NCBI GenBank assembly: GCA_963702435.1
Contig: CAVPCR010000001.1
Coordinates: 1,152,001-1,216,000, forward strand
Length of the DNA: 64,000 bases
DNA from: Candidatus Eiseniibacteriota bacterium
Lineage (GTDB): Bacteria; Eisenbacteria; RBG-16-71-46; CAVPCR01
Direction: 5' to 3'
The notes under the pieces are model-generated. The model searched no databases and had not been told where the DNA came from. It saw only the letters and a program-made list of their open reading frames with translations. Positions 55,768-64,000 of the stretch are shown here, in pieces (positions within the stretch are counted from its first letter, which is position 1; the number at the start of each line of letters is the position of its first letter). The position numbers and the translations under genes were made by a program.

Positions 55768-57075
55768 ATGTCCGGGTGTCGGGTCGTCGTCATCGGAGGC
55801 GGAGCCGCCGGCCTCGTGGCCGCCGGGGAGGCTGCGTGCGCCGGGGCTCAGGTCACGCTCTGCGAGAAGATGCCGCGTCCCGCGCGCAAGCTCGCGATCA
55901 CCGGCAAGGGCCGCTGCAATCTCACCAACATCGCGCCGGTTCCGGAGTTCATCGCGCACTTCGGTCCGGGCGGCGTCTTCCTGCGGCAGGCCTTCGCGCG
56001 CTTCTTCTCCGAGGACCTGACCGCCTTCCTTGAGGGGCTGGGCGTCCGCCTCGTCACCGAGCGCGGCGGGCGCGTCTTTCCGGCGAGCGAGCAAGCGCGG
56101 GATGTCGTGGATGCCCTGGTCGGCTGGGTGCGCGCGGGCGGCGTGATGGTGCGCACGCGGTGCCCGGTGGCGGCGCTCGACCTCGCGGCGGGGCGCGTCC
56201 AGGGCGTGCGGCTCGCCGGTGGCGGCGCCGCCGGCGGGGAGGGCGCGATCCCCGCCGACGCGGTCATCGTCGCGACCGGCGGCGCCTCCTACCCGGCCAC
56301 CGGCTCGACGGGCGACGGCTACCGCCTCGCCCGCGTCGCCGGACACACGATCGTCCCGATCCGCCCGTCGCTCGTCCCGCTCGAGACGGCGGGGAATGTC
56401 GCCGCCCGGCTCCAGGGCTTGAGCCTCCGCAACGTCACCGCGCGCGTCCTCGGCGATGGCCGGGTGCGGGCCGAGGCGTTCGGCGAGATGCTCTTCGCCC
56501 ATTTCGGCCTCTCGGGACCTATCATCCTCGGGCTTAGCCGCACCGCGGTCGATTTCTTGGCCGAGAAGCAGCGCGTCGAGATCGCGATCGATCTCAAGCC
56601 CGCGCTCGACGAGGCGAAGCTCGACGAGCGGATCCGGCGCGATATCCAGGAGCACGGGCGGCGCTCCTTCCGGGCGCTCCTCGGGGAGCTGCTCCCGCGG
56701 AAGCTCATCCCGATCTGCATCGAGCTCACCGGCATCGAGCCCGAGAAACCGGGCCATCAGCTCGGCGCCGGCGAGCGCGCGCGGCTTCGCACCTGGCTCA
56801 AGGACTTCCGCTTCCAGGTGACCGCACATCGGCCCTGGGCGGAGGCGATCGTCACCGCGGGCGGCGTCGACACGCGCGAGATCGATCCGCGCACGATGCA
56901 GTCGCGCTTCGTCAGCGGCCTCTACTTCGCCGGCGAGGTGCTGGATCTCGACGGCGACACCGGCGGCTACAATCTGCAGGCGGCGTTCTCGACCGGATGG
57001 GTCGCGGGCCGGGCGGCCGCGAGCAAGGGCGCTAGCAAGGGCGCTAGCAAGGGCGCGAGTACGTCCGGGTCATGA
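55768..57075 (+). CDS. HI0933/YhiN/BaiN-family flavoprotein (second paralog)
   Basis: GGGAAG, KLAITGKGRCNLTN, GGASYPATGSTGDGY, GEVLDLDGDTGGYNLQAAFSTG. Confidence 0.95.
   Translation: MSGCRVVVIGGGAAGLVAAGEAACAGAQVTLCEKMPRPARKLAITGKGRCNLTNIAPVPEFIAHFGPGGVFLRQAFARFFSEDLTAFLEGLGVRLVTERGGRVFPASEQARDVVDALVGWVRAGGVMVRTRCPVAALDLAAGRVQGVRLAGGGAAGGEGAIPADAVIVATGGASYPATGSTGDGYRLARVAGHTIVPIRPSLVPLETAGNVAARLQGLSLRNVTARVLGDGRVRAEAFGEMLFAHFGLSGPIILGLSRTAVDFLAEKQRVEIAIDLKPALDEAKLDERIRRDIQEHGRRSFRALLGELLPRKLIPICIELTGIEPEKPGHQLGAGERARLRTWLKDFRFQVTAHRPWAEAIVTAGGVDTREIDPRTMQSRFVSGLYFAGEVLDLDGDTGGYNLQAAFSTGWVAGRAAASKGASKGASKGASTSGS
57022..57057. repeat. 12-nt tandem repeat x3 (SKGA) at the gene 3' end
   Basis: AGCAAGGGCGCT x3 (last copy ends in G). 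Confidence 0.85.
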
Positions 57076-58269
57076 CCCCCGTTGCTCGTGTGCCGGCTTC
57101 GTATGACGGAAGGCCTTCAAGAGGAGCAGGTCGTACGCGATCTTCAAGCCACCAGCCAGGATCAATGGGGACGCCATCAGCGCGGGGATGCCGATGAGCA
57201 TCCCGGCCAGGGCTGGTGAGAACGAGTTGCCGACGCTGCGCGCGATGTTCGTCACGCCGCCCGCCGCCGACCGTTCGTCCGGTTCGACGACGGCCAGGGT
57301 GTAGGCCTGCCGCGTGGGAATGTCCATCGACGACACGGATGCGCGGAGCAGGAGCAAGGCCAGGGCCCAGCCGGCCTGGGGAGCGAAGGCCACGAGGATG
57401 AGCAGGCAGTTGGCAGGCAGGTGGGTGAACACCATCGTGTGGATCAGCCCGAACCGGTCGGCGAGCTTCGCCGCGACCAATCCCGAGAATCCGGCCAGCA
57501 GCTCCGCCACGAAGAAGTAGCCGCCGATCAACTCCGGCCGCAGACCGAAGCGCAGGGACAGCCACAACGCCAAGAGGCTCTGCAAGACCAGGCCGCCCGC
57601 GAATGAATCGAGGGCGAACAGGCAGGAGAGGCGGAACACGATCCCGCGCGACCGGTGGAGGCCCAGTCGCGATCCGGTGACGCGGGTAGCCGCCTCCACG
57701 CCTGCCGGCAGCAACGAGGCGAATGCGATGAGCACGAGACCGACGACGCCGTAGCCGATGACGATCCAGGAGTAACCGAGCGCTTCTGTGCCGAAGCGCT
57801 GCCGCGCGTACCACGTGGCAGCGCCCACCAGGAGCGCGCCGAGCCCGCCGCTCAGGAAACCCACCAGGTTGTAATACGCGAGAATCCGCGTCCGCGCCGC
57901 GGCCGGTATCCGCTCTGCGATCCCGGCCTGCTCGACCGGGAGGAACGGCCCCACCTCGCGCCCGTTGGCGCTGAAGACGGCGACCACGGCCAGGGCGCAC
58001 AGCGCGACGAACGAGTGCAGGAACAGGAAACCCGCCGCCGCCAGCACCATGAGGACCGCACCCGTGGCCAGCACCTTCCGCCGCCCGACGCGGTCCGCCA
58101 CCAGCGTCAATCCCAGCGAAATCGCCGCGTCGCCCAGCATCGCGCCGGTGATCAGCATCCCGATCTGCCGCGTGCTGAATCCGCGCGATGCGAGGTACAG
58201 GCCTAGGCACACGGCCAGGGCGCCATTTGCCAGCATGCGAGCAGCGCGCCCCGCAAAGAGCAGCGTCAA
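57070..58269 (-). CDS. MFS transporter
   Basis: About 12 hydrophobic segments, ADRVGRRK motif, MDIPTRQAY; start codon uncertain. Confidence 0.88.
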   Translation of the reverse strand: MTLLFAGRAARMLANGALAVCLGLYLASRGFSTRQIGMLITGAMLGDAAISLGLTLVADRVGRRKVLATGAVLMVLAAAGFLFLHSFVALCALAVVAVFSANGREVGPFLPVEQAGIAERIPAAARTRILAYYNLVGFLSGGLGALLVGAATWYARQRFGTEALGYSWIVIGYGVVGLVLIAFASLLPAGVEAATRVTGSRLGLHRSRGIVFRLSCLFALDSFAGGLVLQSLLALWLSLRFGLRPELIGGYFFVAELLAGFSGLVAAKLADRFGLIHTMVFTHLPANCLLILVAFAPQAGWALALLLLRASVSSMDIPTRQAYTLAVVEPDERSAAGGVTNIARSVGNSFSPALAGMLIGIPALMASPLILAGGLKIAYDLLLLKAFRHTKPAHEQRGS

Positions 58270-58308
58270 TAGACGGCGGTCCGACCGAGTGATGACGAAT
58301 CCCCCCGC

Positions 58309-58752
58309 TCAGCCCGTGGCCGACTCCACGGTCCACTTGCACCAGGCGTAGAGAGCGTCGTACAGCGGGAATTCGAGCGCCATCTTCGTGGCGTCGTCCG
58401 CACCGTGAATCAGCGCGAATCCGGTCGCAATCGCCTTCAGGCCCGCGCCCTGCGGCGAGGACTCCACGTCCTCCGCAACGTCTGCCGCATGCACGATCTT
58501 CGCGAGCGCGTGCAGGGCCGGGTCGGTCAGGTCGTACTTGAGCAGCATGCTCTCGAACGAGCACCGCCCATCCACATGCCCCAGCTCGACGGCGGGCACG
58601 TCATACGGAATGGCGCCGCTCGCCGCCGCGACCTGCATGACACGATCGGCAGGGACGAAGAGGAAGTCCGCCTGCGGGTCGACGAACCGAGAAATCAACC
58701 AGGGGCAGGCGATCCGATCGACCTTGGCGTTGGCGCGCGTGACGAACTGCAT
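58309..58752 (-). CDS. ChrB C-terminal domain / ChrF-like chromate-resistance protein
   Basis: MQFVTRANAKVDRIACPWLISRFVDP...CSFE...YDALYAWC; 147 aa. Confidence 0.88.
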   Translation of the reverse strand: MQFVTRANAKVDRIACPWLISRFVDPQADFLFVPADRVMQVAAASGAIPYDVPAVELGHVDGRCSFESMLLKYDLTDPALHALAKIVHAADVAEDVESSPQGAGLKAIATGFALIHGADDATKMALEFPLYDALYAWCKWTVESATG

Positions 58753-59051
58753 GACGATCCACTCCTGGGAATGGAGAGGCGGCAGGCCCTCCCTGGACGA
58801 TTCGCCGTCGGCTGCGCTGAGCGAGTCTACCAGCTCCAGGGTACGGCGGCCGCGGCCGGGCGAGGTGCGGCTCGCCATGACCACGGCGGCAGTTGAATGC
58901 TAGACTCGGCGAGACGGGAGAAGGCGGCGGGAGCAGGAAGGCCCGGTGGATCTTGGCGCCAAGCGCGGTCGCAGAGGCCGATGCAGATGCCGATGCCGAC
59001 CCCGAGTCGCGCGCGGTCCAGACGGGGAGAAGCGAGGAGATCAGCGATTTC

Positions 59052-60869
59052 ATGGCGCTCGTCAGCCTCAACAACGTGAGCATCGCCTTCGCCGGGCCTC
59101 CCCTCCTCGATTCCGCGAGTCTCCAGATCGAGGATGGCGAGCGGCTCGGACTCCTGGGCCGCAACGGCGCCGGCAAGTCAACGCTCCTCAGGATCCTCGA
59201 GGGCACTGTCGAGCCCGACTCCGGCGACGTGATCCGGCAGCCCGGACTCAGCGTGGCGAGCCTGCAACAGGATGTGCCCCTCGATCTCACGGGGACGGTC
59301 CGCGCGTACCTGCACGATGTCTGCGGCGCGACCAGGAGCGACACCGCATGGGAGATCGAGACGCGGATCGAGCGGGCCGCGCGCGACCTGACCCTGGACC
59401 TGGACGCCGCCTTCGAGACGCTGTCGGCCGGCTCCAAGCGGCGCGTCCTGCTCGCGGCGGCCCTCGTCCGCGATCCCGATCTCCTGATCCTCGACGAGCC
59501 GACCAACCATCTCGACATCGACGCGATCAGCCACCTCGAGGAGACCCTTGAACACCGGCGGGGCGCGCTGGTCTTCGTCACCCACGATCGCACCTTTCTC
59601 CGGAACCTCACCACGCGCATCCTCGACCTGGACCGCGGCGTGCTCCGCAGTTACCGCGCCACCTACGACGCCTATCTCGAGAAACGGGAAGAGGAGCTGC
59701 GCGTCGAGGCAGCGCAGGACGCGCTCTTCGACAAGAAGCTGGCGCAGGAGGAAGCGTGGGTGCGGCAGGGAATCAAGGCGCGGCGCACGCGGAACGAGGG
59801 CCGGGTGCGCGCCCTCGAGTCCCTGCGCGCCGAGCGCCGGGCGCGTCGCGATGAGGTCGGGCGCGTGAAGGCGCAGCTCAACGAGGCGGAGCGATCGGGA
59901 CGCGTGGTGCTGCGTTGCCGCGATCTCGGGCACGCGTACGACGGCGGCGCCGGCGGGCCGATCGTGCGCGCATTGACCTGGACCATGATGCGCGGGGATC
60001 GCGTCGGCATCCTCGGACCGAACGGGTGCGGCAAGACGACGCTCATCGGCCTCCTCCTCGGCGATGTGCCGCCGGGGGAAGGCACAGTCGTCGCGGGCAC
60101 CAAACTCGAGGTCGCGCACTTCGAGCAGCTCGACGAGGGCCTCGATGATGCGAAGACCGTTTTCGAGAACGTCGCCGAGGGGCGCGCGGTGATCAGACTG
60201 GCGCGCAGCGAACGCCACGTGGTGGGCTACCTGCGCGACTTTCTCTTCACGCCGGGCCAGATCATGGGCCCTGTCCTCAAGCTCTCCGGCGGCGAGCGCA
60301 AGCGGCTCCGGCTCGCGAAGATCCTCGCCCGTCCGTGCAATCTCCTCGTCCTCGACGAACCGACGAACGACCTCGATCTCGAGACGCTCGAGCTGCTCGA
60401 GGATCTGCTGCTCGAGTTCCAGGGCACCTTGCTGGTCGTCTCGCACGACCGGGCGTTCCTCGATAACGTCGTCACCTCGACGCTGGTCTGGGAGGGCGAC
60501 GGCCTCTGGGGCGAGTACGTCGGCGGCTACGAGGACTGGCTCCGGCAGAAGAGATCCGCCGCCGCGCCGCCGCCGGTCGCCAAGCCGGCCAAGCCGGCCA
60601 AGCCGACGCCGGCACGAGCCGCGGCGCGACCTCGACCCTTCGGCTTCAAGGAAAAGCGTGAGCTGGGCGAGCTGCCGGGGAGAATCGAGCGCCTCGAGGC
60701 CGAAAGGGAGAACCTCTATACGCTCCTGGCGTCACCGGACTTCTACGCGACGCGAGGGAACGAGGTCGCGCCGACGAAACAGCAGCTTGCCTTGGTCGAA
60801 AACGACATTCAGAAGGCTTATGCGCGGTGGATGGAGCTGGAGATGCTCATGGCCGGCGATGAGGAGTGA
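59052..60869 (+). CDS. uup: ABC-F ATPase Uup
   Basis: Two ABC domains, EEAWVRQGIKARRTRNEGRVRAL, C-terminal coiled coil ending AYARWMELE. Confidence 0.92.
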   Translation: MALVSLNNVSIAFAGPPLLDSASLQIEDGERLGLLGRNGAGKSTLLRILEGTVEPDSGDVIRQPGLSVASLQQDVPLDLTGTVRAYLHDVCGATRSDTAWEIETRIERAARDLTLDLDAAFETLSAGSKRRVLLAAALVRDPDLLILDEPTNHLDIDAISHLEETLEHRRGALVFVTHDRTFLRNLTTRILDLDRGVLRSYRATYDAYLEKREEELRVEAAQDALFDKKLAQEEAWVRQGIKARRTRNEGRVRALESLRAERRARRDEVGRVKAQLNEAERSGRVVLRCRDLGHAYDGGAGGPIVRALTWTMMRGDRVGILGPNGCGKTTLIGLLLGDVPPGEGTVVAGTKLEVAHFEQLDEGLDDAKTVFENVAEGRAVIRLARSERHVVGYLRDFLFTPGQIMGPVLKLSGGERKRLRLAKILARPCNLLVLDEPTNDLDLETLELLEDLLLEFQGTLLVVSHDRAFLDNVVTSTLVWEGDGLWGEYVGGYEDWLRQKRSAAAPPPVAKPAKPAKPTPARAAARPRPFGFKEKRELGELPGRIERLEAERENLYTLLASPDFYATRGNEVAPTKQQLALVENDIQKAYARWMELEMLMAGDEE

Positions 60870-61016
60870 TTGGCGATCGCGTTGCTCGGGCGGAGCTCGC
60901 GGCCCGAGCGGACACGACAGCGGCGCGGGCCGACCGCTCGGCGAGGCGGGGCCCCGCGTCCCCGCGCCGCGTGCCCACGCCCCCGCGACGCGCCCCCCGC
61001 GCCCCCGCGCCGCCTG

Positions 61017-62429
61017 CTAGCCGGACTCCGCCTGCCGCAGGCCGACGCGCGCCATCGGTTTCCACGCCACGTCGCCGCGCAGATACTCGATGATTCCGCG
61101 CAACCGCCAGATCAAGTGCAGCTGGCGGTAGGGGAAGTGCTCGGCGAAGCAGCAGAGAATGAGCTTGGTGACGTCCTTCCAATCATTGTAACGGCGATAG
61201 GTGATCTCTTCGAGAAGGACCGATCCGATCGAGATCATGGTGGCGAAGGCATAACCGAAGATCATGAACTGAATGAAGAACCCGCGGCTGAGCACGCCGA
61301 GAACGGCGGCGGTGATGATGGTGGCATAGCCCACCAGCTCCACCACCGGCGCCAGCAGCTCGAAGAGCCACAGATAGGGCAACGCGATGGTCCCCATGCG
61401 GCCGTAGCGCCGGCGGAAGAGCATGTCGCGATTCGGCCACAGCACGTCGAGGAGACCCTTTTGCCAGCGGGCGCGCTGCCGGGCCAGCGAGCGGGCGTCC
61501 GGAGGCACTTCGGTCCAACAGACCGGATCCGGCACGAAGCAGATCTGGTAGTCCTGCTTCGCTTCCAGCAGGTGCCTGTGCATCCGCATCACGACGTCGA
61601 TGTCCTCGCCGATGGCGGCCGGACGATAGCCGCCGATGCGGCGAACCAGGTCGCGCCTGAACACCCCAAAGGCGCCGGATATGATCGACAGCATGTTGTA
61701 GTAGGCCCAGCCTTCGCGTCCCACGAGAAACGCGCGCAGATACTCGATGACCTGGATGATCTCGAGCGGACCACGGGGCAGGCGGACCTCTTTGAGGCGT
61801 CCGCCCTCCACCCGGGAGCCGTTCAGCACCCGGACGATGCCCCCGGCGGCCACCACCCGCGCTGGATCGCTGAGAATGGGCACCATGATGCGGCGGAGCG
61901 CATCCGCATCGAGAATGGAGTCGGCGTCGACCACGCACACATAGGGACTCGATGCCGCGTTGAGAGCGGCGTTGACGGCGTCCGCTTTGCTGCCGCCCGG
62001 CTCCTTGTCCACCACGAGCAGCCGGGGCTCAACCTGGCTCATGTACACCGAGCGCACCGGTTTGCACTCGACTTCGCGGATGTAGAGGATATCGGTCGCC
62101 AGGAGCTGAAAATGCTCGCGCAGGACATCCAACGTGCCATCGGTCGACCCGTCGTTGACGACGACGACTTCCAGCTCGGGATAGTCGAGAGTCAGCAGCG
62201 ATGTCACGGACTCGACGATCGACAGCTCTTCGTTGTGCGCGGGGACCAGCAGGGAGACGGGCGGCGTCAGCGGCGTGGCGCCGGCGCGCTCGAGCCGGAC
62301 GCTCTCCAGCCGGCGCTGGTGCTCCGAGCTCGAGCGGATGGCGGTGACGAGCAGCGCCAGATAAACGAGATTCGTGATCAGGTAATAGACGAATAGCAAG
62401 TTGTTCGAGACATTCAGGAAGTCGATCAT
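61017..62429 (-). CDS. GT2 membrane glycosyltransferase (PgaC/IcaA/NodC-like processive synthase motifs)
   Basis: VPAHNEE, VNDGSTD, KADAVN, VDADS, IGEDID, QRARW, C-terminal TMs. Confidence 0.93.
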   Translation of the reverse strand: MIDFLNVSNNLLFVYYLITNLVYLALLVTAIRSSSEHQRRLESVRLERAGATPLTPPVSLLVPAHNEELSIVESVTSLLTLDYPELEVVVVNDGSTDGTLDVLREHFQLLATDILYIREVECKPVRSVYMSQVEPRLLVVDKEPGGSKADAVNAALNAASSPYVCVVDADSILDADALRRIMVPILSDPARVVAAGGIVRVLNGSRVEGGRLKEVRLPRGPLEIIQVIEYLRAFLVGREGWAYYNMLSIISGAFGVFRRDLVRRIGGYRPAAIGEDIDVVMRMHRHLLEAKQDYQICFVPDPVCWTEVPPDARSLARQRARWQKGLLDVLWPNRDMLFRRRYGRMGTIALPYLWLFELLAPVVELVGYATIITAAVLGVLSRGFFIQFMIFGYAFATMISIGSVLLEEITYRRYNDWKDVTKLILCCFAEHFPYRQLHLIWRLRGIIEYLRGDVAWKPMARVGLRQAESG

Positions 62430-63808
62430 GACGCCAAGCGCCGCCGCGCCCTCTGCGGAGCAGGTGCGGGCTCCTCTTGGATCTCCACCAGCACGCGCTG
62501 CGTCAACTGCCGCACTTCGAGGTCGGTCGAGGTCTCCCAGGCGTGATGCAGCAAGGGGGCGAGGACTCGTTCGCGGGAGCGCCCGAGCACCTTGGCAATC
62601 GCCTCCCGCACGCGCGCGCGACGATGCTGCGCCAGCGCGGAGACCAGCAGGCGGTGGGCGCCGAAGCGCACGATCGTCCCCAGGAGGCGTTGAGCCCTGG
62701 CGCGCGAGCGCGTGTCGAGCTGGTCCACCAGCTCGAGCACGGCTCCCGAGCGCTCGAGCTCGCTGATCAGCGCTTGCATGGCGTAGTTGTCCTTCCGCTC
62801 GGCGGCCAGGTCCAGAATGCGCTCCAGATCACCGCGGAGCTGCGCCAGCGCCATCGCCGACCGCAGCCGGACGAAGCGGTTCGGGTCACAAAGGGCGTTC
62901 ACCAGGGTCGGAATCGCCCGCGCTTGTTTCATCTGGCCGAGGGCGACTACCGCCCGCAGGCGGACGAACCATTCCTGGTCTTCGGTCAGCGCGCCGAGCG
63001 CGGAGAGCGCGACACTGAAGCGAGCTTCGCCGAGCGATCGCGCGGCGGAGGCGCGGACCTCCGCCTGGGTGTCGCACGCCAGGAGCAAGAGGTCTTCATT
63101 CAGCTTGCCGGTCGCTACCTCGCCGAGCACGCGGGCCAGCATCGCCCGGGTCTCGGGTGCGGCCTGGCGCAGATAGGGCAAGAGGATCTGGGGTTCGTTC
63201 TTGGTGCAGCACAGAAGCGCGTTCTGGATCGAGTAGTACGGCGCTTGCAGGCGGCCGTCGAGCAGGCGATCGAGGATGGGACCGGCGGCGGCGGGGAGGG
63301 CCATGCGGCCGAGTCCGCGGAGGGCGGCCAGACGCGATTCGGCGCTCGTGTCGTCCAAGGCTTCGCTCAACGCGGGGATGGTCTCCGGGACTCGCGTGCG
63401 ACCGAGAAGCACCAGCGCTTGCCGGCGCCGCCACCCGCGAAGCCGCCTCGCCTCGGCGATGCGGCGATCAAGAAGGCCGCTCCGGGCGAGGCAGCGCTGG
63501 AGGCGCTCCCGCTCGTCGTCGCGCGCGGTCTCGATCTGGTCGATGAGAAGGGTCTGGACGACGTCCAGGCGCAAGCGATCCTCGAGCCAATCGCGGGTCG
63601 GTATCTCGCCGCTGACGATGTCCTCCCAATGGGCGCGGGCCCATCGGGCCCGCTCATCGCGGCGCCTGAAGTGGCGGCGCCTCAAGGCCCGCCGGAGAAG
63701 AATGAACGAGAGCAGGAGCACGATCCCGATGACGCTGCCGACGATCGCCGCGAGGACGAAGCGGGCAGGTTCCAGCCGCCCGGCCCACTGCTCAAAAGCG
63801 GACGGCAT
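62426..63808 (-). CDS. Membrane-anchored HEAT-repeat protein
   Basis: N-terminal TM followed by a basic stretch; repeated D...EVR..AA.ALG HEAT units; ATGA overlap with the GT2 gene. Confidence 0.88.
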   Translation of the reverse strand: MPSAFEQWAGRLEPARFVLAAIVGSVIGIVLLLSFILLRRALRRRHFRRRDERARWARAHWEDIVSGEIPTRDWLEDRLRLDVVQTLLIDQIETARDDERERLQRCLARSGLLDRRIAEARRLRGWRRRQALVLLGRTRVPETIPALSEALDDTSAESRLAALRGLGRMALPAAAGPILDRLLDGRLQAPYYSIQNALLCCTKNEPQILLPYLRQAAPETRAMLARVLGEVATGKLNEDLLLLACDTQAEVRASAARSLGEARFSVALSALGALTEDQEWFVRLRAVVALGQMKQARAIPTLVNALCDPNRFVRLRSAMALAQLRGDLERILDLAAERKDNYAMQALISELERSGAVLELVDQLDTRSRARAQRLLGTIVRFGAHRLLVSALAQHRRARVREAIAKVLGRSRERVLAPLLHHAWETSTDLEVRQLTQRVLVEIQEEPAPAPQRARRRLAS

Positions 63809-63998
63809 AGCCGATGCCCATGCTGGTCTGCGCGCGGCCCTGCGCGCGGTTCTGATAGGCGATGGTGCCGCTCAGGTCTTGCCCCGGTGTGAGCTCGATC
63901 TTCAGGCCGCCGCCAAAGGTGCGAGCGCTGAAGCGGCCGATCTGCTCGCGTTCCGCGTAGTTCTCCGTACCGACCGCGAAGGAGAGGCTGCCCGTCAA
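63792..63998 (-). CDS. 3' end of a probable outer-membrane beta-barrel protein (YaiO-like), truncated by window end
   Basis: Alternating beta-strand pattern ending GIGYAVRF (terminal Phe); overlaps the HEAT gene start. Confidence 0.55.
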   Translation of the reverse strand: MTGSLSFAVGTENYAEREQIGRFSARTFGGGLKIELTPGQDLSGTIAYQNRAQGRAQTSMGIGYAVRF

Positions 63999-64000
63999 GC

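Noticed and set aside
40480..62429. Nod-factor-like pathway (NodIJ-like exporter, NodB-like deacetylase, NodC-like GT2)
   Set aside because: The genes are 10-20 kb apart in unrelated operons, there is no nodA, and all three families are widespread
1..64000. Programmed frameshifting or recoding as the explanation for the split genes
   Set aside because: No slippery heptamers or stimulatory structures were seen; scattered single-base indels in unrelated genes fit consensus errors better

Overview
Very GC-rich bacterial DNA from a diderm organism. Secreted proteins carry FlgD-Ig/T9SS-like C-terminal domains or a C-terminal TWGxIK motif, which suggests an FCB-superphylum candidate lineage such as Eisenbacteria, Krumholzibacteriota or Latescibacterota (inference only). 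Bases 1-25.2 kb hold a large flagellar cluster: fliF'-fliGHIJ-motE-fliK-flgDE, fliLMN-fliO/P fusion-fliQR-flhBAF-fliA-orf, flgFGAHIJNK, and a convergent motAB. It has two clear sigma54 promoters and a sigma28 promoter, but flgL, flhG, flgM and flagellin are not in the window. The rest of the window holds an orphan PilB/GspE-type ATPase plus HDOD pair; a secreted protein whose core resembles a lysyl-oxidase fold; a TetR-TolC-MFP-RND efflux operon with a visible operator; a beta-helix protein followed by a NodIJ-type ABC exporter; a GAF / zinc-ribbon / SPFH-GYF / beta-propeller / ubiquitin-like gene string; an FG-GAP / PflX radical SAM / CE4 operon; Tat Fe-SOD, DPSL, MFS and ChrF stress genes; Uup; and a YaiO-like / HEAT / GT2 putative polysaccharide synthase locus. 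Four genes (flhA at two sites, motE-like, one HI0933 paralog, tetR) contain single-base frameshifts, probably assembly errors. The most notable observations are an unannotated 54-aa ORF made almost entirely of the Cys-rich TWGxIK tail also found on the beta-helix protein (candidate protein-sorting signal) and the LOX-like secreted protein. No rRNA, tRNA, CRISPR array or transposase was recognised.
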